Made by a program: the position numbers and the translations under genes. 64,000 nt of DNA from Spirochaetaceae bacterium (lineage in GTDB: Bacteria; Spirochaetota; Spirochaetia; Treponematales; Rectinemataceae), in assembly GCA_026418115.1 (NCBI GenBank), contig JAOABY010000006.1, positions 908-64,907 of the forward strand. The letters are read 5' to 3'. Positions 18,932 through 27,763 of this stretch are shown in pieces. The notes beneath the pieces were generated by a model. That model did not search any database. It worked only from the letters and a program-made list of their open reading frames with translations, and was not told the DNA's origin. Numbering within the stretch: the stretch's first letter is position 1; each line of letters starts with the position of its first letter.

Positions 18932-21514
18932 TCAGCCCTGAGGAGGCAATTCCTCCGACTCCCATGCGAGAATCTTCAGCACTGGCCTGGCATGCAGGAG
19001 ATCGGCAAATCTTTTTCCCAAAGACTCGAGGTCAGCCCTGCTACCGATCGTCAATTCCACTTTCAGGCAGTCATTCCCCTCCTGTCGCAGCACCCCGCCA
19101 GCCAATACTGATCTTGGGGAACGGGACGCCGCCGGCACCATGAGCATGTCATTGTCGCGATGTCTGAGCATATAGCGTACTGACTGCTCGCGAAGCCATG
19201 CATCAAGCTGGGCCAGGGCTGCTGGCATGTCGATGCCCTCCAGACTGATCTCCAGTCGGCAGGCTCGGGTAATGTTTGTTCTCTCTGTTGCATCGAGCAA
19301 GTGTATATCGCGGTGAAAATGGTGTCCCCTCCGGCTTTGCAGGTTTCCGGCTGGTATCAGGTTGCTCTCGGCAGCTGCCGCTTTCCGGACGACGGTTTCG
19401 AGAACAGCCGCTTTTGGACCTGCAATGCCGTATCGTTTTCTTCCGCATATATTCCAGACTCTGGCTGCCGCATTGAACCTTTCTGCCCACTCTTCAGAAG
19501 GGTAGAGTTCTCTTGCCATAAAAACGGCCTTTTCCGCATTCGGTACCAGATCGAAAAGAAATCGCAGCAGGCGGGAGCGTCGATACATGGCAGTCGCTCC
19601 GGCGAGATCAGGCGATTCCTCAATTTCGAGTGTGCACCATTCGAATCGCTTCTTTGCCTGTTGCACTGCCTGAAGAGCCGCAAGGGAGGAAGCATCCCAG
19701 GCACGTAAGGTTCTTCCTGCTCTTGACGGCAGAGAAGACCTGCGGGCGTGCAGCACATGAACTGACGAGGTCGCCGAGAGCGTCTGTCGCGCACGCTCAT
19801 AGTGTTTTCTCACCAGCATCCAATGGTTTTCAGGTTCAATCCATGAAAAAGATGGAAGAAAATGCTCAGGCTTTTCCGAGACAAGCACATTCCAGCCTGG
19901 TGTCGAGCGCAGCCAGCTGTCGAGCGATTCCATCGCGGCGCGAGAAACATGCATATCAAATACAAAACCTTGTCCTGGTATCGAAACAAGCCAGCCATGC
20001 GAAAAAGATCCTCCCAGGGAAAGCAGCTGATCCAGCCAGTACTCTTCAAAACTGGCGGCAAGTCTGTATTCGCATGCATATCGCATGCAGATATCTGCCA
20101 ATCTGTCCGAAATTCGAGCCAGTTTCTGCCGGTCCGGTTGCAGTGCATCGTACTGAAGTGGTGTAAAAGGCAGTCGAACGAGATAGCCTGCAGAAACCAG
20201 TATGCGGGTGGCCGCGTGGAGATCCCGGCGCATCTCGTCAATTCCTGAACAGAGGGTCTCAAATTCGGAAAAATCATGCTCATCTTCATAGCCGGATATG
20301 ATGAAAAACAGTTTGAGTTCTCTGGCGTTGCCGCTCAGTATGAGCCTGATCGCTTCCTCAATATGGCGAAGCTCGATGCCCTTGTGATAGAACCGGAGCA
20401 TTCGATACGAGATTCCTTCCACCCCAAGGGTGAAGGACCGCTTCCCAACGGCCAGTTCGGCGTCAAAAAGCCCTCTTGCATAAGCCAGCACGTCAATTCT
20501 CTGGCTCATGAGTGAGACATTCGAGAAGAGGCGGGCAAGCTGTGGCAGCATGTTGTCTAGAAAAGGATGCATATTGAAGTTGTAGCTGAAGAGTTCAAGG
20601 TCTTCGGCGCCAGTTGCCTTTTTCAGCCTGAGTGCAGCATCAAGCACTTTCTGAGTGTCGGCGGGAGCAAACGGTCTTCTATCCCAGCCCTCGAGACAGA
20701 AGGAACAGTGACCAGTGCATCCTGCGGTAATGGCAAGTTTCGCGGTAGCGGCCGCATCGCCGTTGAGCACGAGGGGAGAAGCCAGAATCGCCGGGCGATA
20801 CTCTGCAAGAGCGCGGGAAGTGAGATGCGCATGTGGTGAAGGGCAGCAAGGCCAGAAACCAGGTACCCGTTCGTTGATGAGATGCAGAATATCCTGTTTT
20901 CTGAGCCCTTTTACCTTGCCTGTTGCGAGAAGTTCCGCCAGTTCGCGTACATGACCTTCTCCTTCGCCAAAGAAGACGGCATCGACAAGGCTGTCCTGCA
21001 GGACACCTTGTGATTCATCAAGCACGGCTCCTGCAGTCACGGCGCTCGAACCACCCAGTACCAGCAAGGGTATCTCCTCTCTGGTCATGCGCTCGTCAAA
21101 GGAAACAGGCATGCCTGATTGTGCCAGCAGCCAGGGGAGATTGATCAGCTCAGGGGTGTACGCGCAGGAAATGAGCACGCAATCAAACTCATGTGGCTGT
21201 CTGCCTGATATTCTTCCGGAAAACCACGGAATGCCCGCTTCTGACATCGCCTGGCGATCCTGTACGGGAGGAAGAAAGGCGAAATCCACAAAAGCTTCGC
21301 TCAATGCTTGTCGTATTTCGTCGAAGAGCACGAGATGTGCAAAAGAAAGTGCGACATCCCGCCAGGGTGAGAGGCGCACAATCAGGAATGAAGCAGCTGC
21401 GTCCTCCCACCGTGGATTGCCGAGATCAGAGCAGACTGGCGGAATGAACACCTCTCCTTCCTGGCGGAGAAAACCTTTATGGGATTGCAGCCTGGGAGAT
21501 GATGTTCGTTTCAT
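18932..21514 (-). CDS. Fused radical SAM protein (TIGR03960-like N-terminal half plus DUF2344-like C-terminal half)
   Basis: CTGHCSFC (Cx3Cx2C, nt 20696-20719). N-terminal layout FDCVLISCAYTPELINLPWLLAQSGMPV...LLVLGGSS...FFGEGEG matches my recollection of the TIGR03960 family. 860 aa. The start overlaps the helicase stop. Confidence 0.75.
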   Translation of the reverse strand: MKRTSSPRLQSHKGFLRQEGEVFIPPVCSDLGNPRWEDAAASFLIVRLSPWRDVALSFAHLVLFDEIRQALSEAFVDFAFLPPVQDRQAMSEAGIPWFSGRISGRQPHEFDCVLISCAYTPELINLPWLLAQSGMPVSFDERMTREEIPLLVLGGSSAVTAGAVLDESQGVLQDSLVDAVFFGEGEGHVRELAELLATGKVKGLRKQDILHLINERVPGFWPCCPSPHAHLTSRALAEYRPAILASPLVLNGDAAATAKLAITAGCTGHCSFCLEGWDRRPFAPADTQKVLDAALRLKKATGAEDLELFSYNFNMHPFLDNMLPQLARLFSNVSLMSQRIDVLAYARGLFDAELAVGKRSFTLGVEGISYRMLRFYHKGIELRHIEEAIRLILSGNARELKLFFIISGYEDEHDFSEFETLCSGIDEMRRDLHAATRILVSAGYLVRLPFTPLQYDALQPDRQKLARISDRLADICMRYACEYRLAASFEEYWLDQLLSLGGSFSHGWLVSIPGQGFVFDMHVSRAAMESLDSWLRSTPGWNVLVSEKPEHFLPSFSWIEPENHWMLVRKHYERARQTLSATSSVHVLHARRSSLPSRAGRTLRAWDASSLAALQAVQQAKKRFEWCTLEIEESPDLAGATAMYRRSRLLRFLFDLVPNAEKAVFMARELYPSEEWAERFNAAARVWNICGRKRYGIAGPKAAVLETVVRKAAAAESNLIPAGNLQSRRGHHFHRDIHLLDATERTNITRACRLEISLEGIDMPAALAQLDAWLREQSVRYMLRHRDNDMLMVPAASRSPRSVLAGGVLRQEGNDCLKVELTIGSRADLESLGKRFADLLHARPVLKILAWESEELPPQG

Positions 21515-22743
21515 GGACGTTGCGGACGATTGCGCTTTTCATGGCGCTCACGTTCCATCTCTTCCACACGGGAAAAGAAGGTTTCGACATCGGGTTCAAG
21601 TACCATGCCTTCCGACAGCCATTTGGTTCTGAAGACAAATCCATATCCTACCGCCGTTCTGGAAGCCCTGCGGAGCTCGACGCCATCTGCAAGCAGTATG
21701 CTTATGCCTTTTCTGCCGGCCCGGCCCGTCCGTCCAGCTCGGTGTATGTACGCAGCAGGTTCGTCCGGCATATCCAGGCTTACTATATGCGTGATGTCCG
21801 GGATGTCGAGACCTCGTGCTGCCAGATCCGTCGTCACCAGATAGCGAAGGGAGCCTCTGGCGAAACGTTCGAGTGCGGTATGGCGGTCTTCCTTGGGCAT
21901 GCGGGAAAGAATGTATCCTGCAGGAATGCCTGCAGCAGCGAGCCTCGATGCAGCTTTTTCCACCCTGTAGGTGTCAGATGCAAAGACAAGGCAGCGGCCG
22001 GGATGTACAGCAGAATCCAGTTTAATGAGTTGATCGATCTTTCTTCTATGATCGGCATACAGAACCCAGTGTTCGATTGCGCTTGAGAGCACTCCTTCAG
22101 CAACCATGTCGAGTGTAACAGGATTACGGAGGAATGGCAGCGCACGCTGTCTTGTCTTTCCGGGAATTGTTGCCGATGCGAGGACCCGGACACATTCCGA
22201 AGGAATCTTCGAGAGAAGAAACTGTACTGCTTCCTCATATTCGTTGGAAAAAAGCCTGTCAGCTTCATCGAGCACCAGGAAGATGAGAGAATTCACAGGC
22301 AGAAATCCAAGCCGGACAAGGTCGGCCAGTCTTCCAGGTGTTCCAGTAACCAGGTGAGGGTGAGCCTTGAGTTCTTCTTTCTGACGTGAGTAATGCGTGC
22401 CGCCGAGCATAGTTGCGATCGAAAGTGGCATGCCTGCTGCATCCGCCAAGCGTTTTGCCTGACGGGCTACCTGCACGGCGAGTTCCTGTGTGGGACAGAT
22501 TACGATTGCTGATGGCCATAGTCTCTGCCTCATGCGTGGCTCGTTTCTTGCAATCATGTGGAAAACTGGAGCGAGGTACGCAAACGTCTTGCCTGTTCCG
22601 GTCTCCGATTCCATGATGAGGTCTCTGGCTTCCAGAAGAAACGGAATGGCCCTTTTCTGTATGAGAGTTGGTTCAGTATATCCAAGTCTGGCAAATGCTT
22701 CAGTCAGACTCCTCTCGAGTCCCAGCTTCTCGAATCTTTCCAT
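21511..22743 (-). CDS. DEAD-box ATP-dependent RNA helicase
   Basis: Q motif GYTEPTLIQ, motif I ESETGTGKT, motif II LDEAD, motif III SAT, motif VI HRAGRTGRAG. Confidence 0.92.
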   Translation of the reverse strand: MERFEKLGLERSLTEAFARLGYTEPTLIQKRAIPFLLEARDLIMESETGTGKTFAYLAPVFHMIARNEPRMRQRLWPSAIVICPTQELAVQVARQAKRLADAAGMPLSIATMLGGTHYSRQKEELKAHPHLVTGTPGRLADLVRLGFLPVNSLIFLVLDEADRLFSNEYEEAVQFLLSKIPSECVRVLASATIPGKTRQRALPFLRNPVTLDMVAEGVLSSAIEHWVLYADHRRKIDQLIKLDSAVHPGRCLVFASDTYRVEKAASRLAAAGIPAGYILSRMPKEDRHTALERFARGSLRYLVTTDLAARGLDIPDITHIVSLDMPDEPAAYIHRAGRTGRAGRKGISILLADGVELRRASRTAVGYGFVFRTKWLSEGMVLEPDVETFFSRVEEMERERHEKRNRPQRP

Positions 22744-22786
22744 ATGCAGACACGCTACAGGAAATGGGTTCTTTTTTCAATAAGTG

Positions 22787-22815
22787 TCGACACGACCTGC
22801 GCTTTTCGATATAGT
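22787..22815 (+). promoter_or_regulatory. Sigma70-like promoter for rnz, implying a leaderless or near-leaderless mRNA
   Basis: -35 TCGACA (22787-22792), 17-nt spacer, -10 TATAGT (22810-22815). The ATG at 22825 lies only 9 nt after the -10, with no SD. Confidence 0.45.
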
Positions 22816-22824
22816 CTGTGCGCC

Positions 22825-23754
22825 ATGAATCTTGAAGCATTCGTACTGGGATCGGGCGGCATGATGCCCTTGCCACACCGACAGCTGACAAGCATGCTCG
22901 TGCGCAGGGAAGGGGAGCTCTTCCTGTTCGACGCTGGTGAGGGTACACAGGTGTCGATCCGGCGACTCAATCTCAAGTGGAAAAAGATCACTGCCATTTT
23001 CATCTCGCACATGCACGCGGATCATGTTACGGGTCTTCCCGGCATTCTCATGCTCTCAAGCCAGGTCGACAGGGAAGAACCGCTCTATATCTATGGTCCT
23101 CCCAGGATTGCCGAATATGTAGAGCAGAACAGGCGTCTTCTCGATATGTACATAAATTATGAAATCGTAGTCAGAGAGATAACCGAGAGGGGAGTGCTCT
23201 GGGAGGGAGACGGCTACACAATCCGTGCATTCCCTCTTCGGCATACAAAAATGTGCTTTGGATATACCCTGGAAGAAGGTCAGAGGCCTGGTGTCTTCCA
23301 TCCGGACAAGGCGCTTGCGCTTGGCATTCCCCGGGGTCCACTGTGGTCCCAGTTGCAGTCAGGGCAGGAAGTGAGGCTCGAGGATGGGCGTGTAATACAG
23401 CCTTCAGAGGTTCTCGGTCCGCCACGATCCGGGCGCAAATTCAGCTATGTGACCGACAGCCTGTATTTTCCGGAAATTGCATCAGAGGTGGAAGGCTCAG
23501 ACCTGCTCATCTGCGAAGGGATGTTCGAACATGCCCTCGTCGAGACTGCTGTGGAAAAGCGACATATGACAGCAGTGCAGGCAGCGCAGATTGCACGGGA
23601 TGCTGGTGGTGTACGAAAACTCGGGCTTATTCACTTCAGCCCGCGCTATGCCGACCGGGAACTGAAGGCACTGCTTGATGAAGCGCAGCTGATATTTCCC
23701 AATACAGTACTCGCTCGGGATCGCATGCACCTGCCTCTGGAATTCGTAGATTGA
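22825..23754 (+). CDS. rnz: Ribonuclease Z
   Basis: MNLEAFVLGSGG N-terminus and HMHADH (HxHxDH) metallo-beta-lactamase motif. The ORF-track start at 22558 would overlap the helicase gene by 186 nt. Confidence 0.9.
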   Translation: MNLEAFVLGSGGMMPLPHRQLTSMLVRREGELFLFDAGEGTQVSIRRLNLKWKKITAIFISHMHADHVTGLPGILMLSSQVDREEPLYIYGPPRIAEYVEQNRRLLDMYINYEIVVREITERGVLWEGDGYTIRAFPLRHTKMCFGYTLEEGQRPGVFHPDKALALGIPRGPLWSQLQSGQEVRLEDGRVIQPSEVLGPPRSGRKFSYVTDSLYFPEIASEVEGSDLLICEGMFEHALVETAVEKRHMTAVQAAQIARDAGGVRKLGLIHFSPRYADRELKALLDEAQLIFPNTVLARDRMHLPLEFVD

Positions 23755-23776
23755 TCACACGCTTCCGCAAGGCGGA

Positions 23777-25201
23777 TCAGATGGTCGAAGGCTTGAAAGC
23801 CAGAATTCTGGAGCTGCTCTGCTCCTTCGTTCTCTCCAAGGCAGCATATGCCTCACGATAGAGGCGGGAAGGACTTACCTGTCTGCCATATCGTGCGCTG
23901 ATGCCATAATGGAGTGGTGGTTCTCCTGCAAGGTCTTTGTAGAGGCTCAAGGTAGTTGTGAGGGTGTCATCAAGATCCACACCGAGCTTAAGACAGGAGC
24001 CTGCATCTACGCCGGGGAGCACCACGGCATGGCAGCCTGCAGCTATCTGGACCACCAGATCACGGGTTCCTATATAATCACGAATGGTTGCCGCAAGCGC
24101 TGTCTCACTCGGATCCTTGCCTGCATCAGGCGTGTACTGAATGAGAAGAAGGCTGCATTCTCTGTCCTGACTGCGAGCAAGCTGATGGCTGAGCAGTTCC
24201 TCCAGGGCAGGTGCATCAAGGACAGGAGAAAAACCTGTTCGGTAGATACCCTGTGGTGATGCAGTTCTGATTTCTGGAGCAATGAATTCCTGGTCTCCAG
24301 AAGATTCGGCTGTATAGTCCTGGTCGCCTTCCGTCTCGGTACCAGCTGTCTGCTCCTGGAAGGAAAATGGTTTCTCCGCTTGTACCTCTGATATGGCAGA
24401 GGGTTCAATCGGGGCAGCATGATCCTGTGCTGTGAGGCGCTCCTCGGATGCAGGCTCTGATGCGGTACGGTTCATGTCGTGGGGAAATTGCTGGTAAGGC
24501 TGTTCTCTCTCTGGCACTTCCTGATCTTCATGATCTTCTTCGCTGGCTGAATGTGATGCTCTGCCAGACGACGATTCGGTTTGCGGTTCAGATACCTGCT
24601 CCCCCATAGTTGGCTGCCAGTTGCCTTCTTCTCCACGGCTTTCTGCCGGACCTTCTTCGTTCTCCATCGGCATCTGCCCTGGTTCATCTTTTCCGAGTGC
24701 AAACTGCAGGATTACTAGCACCGCAAGCCAGAGCGCCAGCCCGACACCGGGCCACAGGAGTGTCTGAGCGACATCCTTCTGCGAAAGCACGGCATACAGT
24801 GCCATCACTTTCATGCCTTCCTGCAGAGGGGTCATGTAGATGATGGTAGACATGCCAGGAGCTCTGAATACAGTGGGTGATTTTGAGGCAGGCAAGGCGA
24901 AGTATGGTGATTCATCAGGAATTTTCCAGAGCACCAGTCCATCTCGATCGAGTATCTGCATGGCCAGAAGATGTCTGCTGGCCTGAAAGAGGCTTCTCAG
25001 TTTTTCTCTTACATAGGGATCTGAAAGGTCCTGAGGATGTCCAATAGAGGTAAGTGAATTTCGCACTATGGTGTATTCTGCGGCTGCAGTTCTTTCGCCG
25101 GCATCGCGGAGGCTGCCGATCTGCAGGGTCAGATAGTCAGCAACCGCGAGTATGAGAATCATGGTAAGAATGAAGGATGCGATGCGAATTGTGTGTTTCA
25201 T
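23777..25201 (-). CDS. Membrane protein with an acidic low-complexity linker and a degenerate GGDEF-like C-terminal domain
   Basis: Two TM segments flank a ~170-aa extracytoplasmic region. This is followed by a ~150-aa E/D/Q/S-rich stretch and a C-terminus (…VVQIAAGCHAVVLPG…HYGISARYG…YREAYAALERTK) that follows the GGDEF-domain layout but has AAGCH where GGDEF or GGEEF would sit. Start placed at Met54 (25201). Confidence 0.6.
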   Translation of the reverse strand: MKHTIRIASFILTMILILAVADYLTLQIGSLRDAGERTAAAEYTIVRNSLTSIGHPQDLSDPYVREKLRSLFQASRHLLAMQILDRDGLVLWKIPDESPYFALPASKSPTVFRAPGMSTIIYMTPLQEGMKVMALYAVLSQKDVAQTLLWPGVGLALWLAVLVILQFALGKDEPGQMPMENEEGPAESRGEEGNWQPTMGEQVSEPQTESSSGRASHSASEEDHEDQEVPEREQPYQQFPHDMNRTASEPASEERLTAQDHAAPIEPSAISEVQAEKPFSFQEQTAGTETEGDQDYTAESSGDQEFIAPEIRTASPQGIYRTGFSPVLDAPALEELLSHQLARSQDRECSLLLIQYTPDAGKDPSETALAATIRDYIGTRDLVVQIAAGCHAVVLPGVDAGSCLKLGVDLDDTLTTTLSLYKDLAGEPPLHYGISARYGRQVSPSRLYREAYAALERTKEQSSSRILAFKPSTI

Positions 25202-25292
25202 TGCAGGGCTCCCATGACGTATACTTATATATCGGAAGGTTATTGCGTATTCGACAGCATAATCGCCGTACGCAGGACAAGGAGCATGTATC

Positions 25293-26150
25293 ATGCAGGC
25301 TCGGACGATTCGATCAAGGACGTTGCCGGAAGGATGGTATCCTTCTGACAGTACTGCCATCAGGAGGCTCTATGCGGAATGGACCTCGCACGTGCCTGCT
25401 CATGACGCCGTGGCTGTCGTCGCGCCACATGCGGGCTGGTATTTTTCGGGAGACCTGGCGGCATTGGCAATCCATGCTCTCGGAGCATGCGACACCGTTA
25501 TCGTATGTGGAGGGCATCTGCGAGCGGGTGATCCACTGTGTATTGCCAAAGAAGACGCCTTTGACTGCACGGTACGAATTGCCGACAGTGATACCGCACT
25601 TCTCCAGGCATTTCTGCGTACCCTCCAGGAGATGGGAATCGAGGAAATTGAGGACGACATATATCCTGACAATTCGGTTGAGGTGCTCCTCCCGCTCGCG
25701 GCGCTGCGATTCCCTGACGCGAGAATGCTCTGTATGAGAATGCCACCTGACTACAAGGCCCGAGAGGCCGGTCTGGCACTGGCAGCCGCGGCACTCGAGA
25801 CAGGCAGGAAAGTTGGCTTCATCGCCTCTACGGATCTCACTCACTATGGTCCCAATTATCACTATATGCCGCGGGGAGTGGGACCTCAGGCAGAAACATG
25901 GGTGAGAGAAAAGAATGACAGAGCGCTCATCGACGCAGCACTTGCGATGGATACGGAACTGGTGCTCAAGCAGGGACGTGAAGTGCAGGCTGCATGCTCG
26001 GCAGGCGCTGTGGCTGCCGCGATCGCCTTTGCACAGGAGCGAGGCGCAGTACAGGGAATCCTCATGCGGCACAAGCTCAGCAGCGAGGTCATGCACGATC
26101 TATCGTTTGTAGGGTATGCTGCCATTGCCTTTACAGCAGGCAATTGTTAG
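25293..26150 (+). CDS. amrB: AmmeMemoRadiSam system protein B (Memo-like)
   Basis: RTLPEGWYPSDSTAIRRL, VVAPHAGWYFSG and STDLTHYGPNY match Memo/AmrB motifs. Confidence 0.8.
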   Translation: MQARTIRSRTLPEGWYPSDSTAIRRLYAEWTSHVPAHDAVAVVAPHAGWYFSGDLAALAIHALGACDTVIVCGGHLRAGDPLCIAKEDAFDCTVRIADSDTALLQAFLRTLQEMGIEEIEDDIYPDNSVEVLLPLAALRFPDARMLCMRMPPDYKAREAGLALAAAALETGRKVGFIASTDLTHYGPNYHYMPRGVGPQAETWVREKNDRALIDAALAMDTELVLKQGREVQAACSAGAVAAAIAFAQERGAVQGILMRHKLSSEVMHDLSFVGYAAIAFTAGNC

Positions 26151-26165
26151 GCGGTCTCCTTTGAT

Positions 26166-27593
26166 TCAGCATCCTCGTTCCCGGGCCAGAAGCATGACTT
26201 CTTTTCTGAACTGGTCACCCCTGTCAAATTCGTGGAGAAAGAGTCCAAAACTGGCACAACCAGGCGAGAGCACCACCACATCACCTGCAGTTGCTGTTTC
26301 TGCAGCCTGCAGAACAGCTTCATGCATCGATCCGCATGGATCCTCTGTATGGATACCGTGCTGATCGAGGAGAGGACGAAGTCTGTCCGTACCGCTGCCT
26401 TTCAGCAGAATGATACGTTTTGCCTTTGTCATGTGTCTGGCCAGATCTTCAAAATCGCTATTCTTGTCGCTGCCTCCAGCAATCAGCACCACCGGCTGAG
26501 AAAAACTCTCAAGCGCTGCAATTGTTGCATCAGGCACGGTTGCGGCGCTGTCATTGTACCATTGCACATCATCAATGGTGGCAATGTGCTCGAGCCTGTG
26601 AGGTACTCCCGGGAAATCGGCCATGGCATCTGCGATGACAGATGCTTCGATACCGAATGCTCTGAGTGCGACAGCAGCTGCGAGCAGGTTTTTTTTCTGA
26701 TGCATGCCTGGTGTTCTGACCTTGGCGGGAACCAGAAGCTCTCTTTCTGCATCAAAGTTGCCGAACCCCAGGACCGACGCAGAGTGTGATGATGGATCTG
26801 ATTCCAGCCATCCGCCACGCGCTCCATCTGGAAGCAGCCCTTCAAAAGGTCGCGAAGCATACCAGAGCACCCTGGCTCCTGTTTCTGAAGCGAAGCTTCT
26901 GCCCCAGTCCTGATCGGCATTGCAGACCGTCCAGTCATCCTGATTCTGACCACGATAGATCTCCCGCTTGTCGTTCACATAGGATTCCATCGAGCCATAA
27001 TAATTCAGATGATCCGGCACGATTGTTGTCAGCACTGCTACCTTGGGCTTCAGAAGACCTGTTCCACGCAGGTCGCCGAGCTGCCAGCTCGAGAGTTCCA
27101 GGACAACTGGCGTATCGGGCGTAGTGTCATGCAGGAATTCCAAGGGCGAGACTGTGATGTTGCCCCCGAGAAAAGCCGGTAGACCTGCCTTACGGAGGCA
27201 GTGGTATATTGCGCTTGAGGTAGTTGATTTGCCTTTTGATCCTGTTACAGCAATGAGCGGAGCATCCGTAAATTTCAGGAACAGTGAAATATCCGTTTCG
27301 ATATGTCGTGCAGCCTTAAGATACGGTGAATCACGCTTTACTGCGGGATTCTTTACCACGAAATCGGCATGCACAAAATCGTCCATTTCGTGTTTTCCCA
27401 ACACGAATCGTATGGGCAGATTCTCGAGTGCCTGCAGGGAAGGAGTGAGCACTTCAGGTCCCCTGAGGTCTGTCACGGTCACCTGTGCTCCAGCCCTGGC
27501 AAGAAATCTGGCACTTGCTATGCCACCGCCATGAAGCCCCAACCCCATCACCGTTACACGCGCACCGCGCAAAGCATCCAGGTTCAAACGCAT
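26166..27593 (-). CDS. murD: UDP-N-acetylmuramoylalanine--D-glutamate ligase
   Basis: N-terminal Rossmann motif VTVMGLGLHGGG and Mur ligase P-loop IAVTGSKGKSTT. Confidence 0.92.
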   Translation of the reverse strand: MRLNLDALRGARVTVMGLGLHGGGIASARFLARAGAQVTVTDLRGPEVLTPSLQALENLPIRFVLGKHEMDDFVHADFVVKNPAVKRDSPYLKAARHIETDISLFLKFTDAPLIAVTGSKGKSTTSSAIYHCLRKAGLPAFLGGNITVSPLEFLHDTTPDTPVVLELSSWQLGDLRGTGLLKPKVAVLTTIVPDHLNYYGSMESYVNDKREIYRGQNQDDWTVCNADQDWGRSFASETGARVLWYASRPFEGLLPDGARGGWLESDPSSHSASVLGFGNFDAERELLVPAKVRTPGMHQKKNLLAAAVALRAFGIEASVIADAMADFPGVPHRLEHIATIDDVQWYNDSAATVPDATIAALESFSQPVVLIAGGSDKNSDFEDLARHMTKAKRIILLKGSGTDRLRPLLDQHGIHTEDPCGSMHEAVLQAAETATAGDVVVLSPGCASFGLFLHEFDRGDQFRKEVMLLARERGC

Positions 27594-27725
27594 AGGTTTG
27601 CATATGATGCCTTATTCTTGAGAAGGTTGTCCAGATGTAGAGAATCTCCAGAAACCGAGGTTGGAAACATGCCGTTTTTTATATACTATACAATCAAATC
27701 CATGATGATTATCGATCTTTTTTTC

Positions 27726-27754
27726 TTGACAGATACGGAAAGCGCTCGTAACCT
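27726..27754 (+). promoter_or_regulatory. Sigma70-like promoter for the oxidoreductase operon, with near-leaderless geometry
   Basis: -35 TTGACA (27726-27731), 17-nt spacer, -10 TAACCT (27749-27754). The ATG at 27764 lies 9 nt after the -10, with no SD. Confidence 0.4.
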
Positions 27755-27763
27755 ATCCCTGCC

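Noticed and set aside
22558-22824. Long N-terminal extensions offered by the ORF track for rnz (22558), folC (to 45969), the GGDEF-like protein (to 25360), asnS (to 40346), nifS (31627), folE2 (9127) and queD (18437)
   Set aside because: The extensions overlap neighbouring genes or divergent promoters, lack SDs, and add sequence absent from the conserved N-termini of these families. Internal ATGs with SDs or ATGA overlaps fit better.
18932-26150. Whether the 860-aa radical SAM protein is the missing AmmeMemoRadiSam partner of the Memo-like gene
   Set aside because: They are separated by four genes (the helicase, rnz, the GGDEF-like membrane protein gene and the Memo-like gene's own divergent promoter region) on mixed strands. 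The radical SAM protein has the TIGR03960-type architecture, not the small AmrS activase type.
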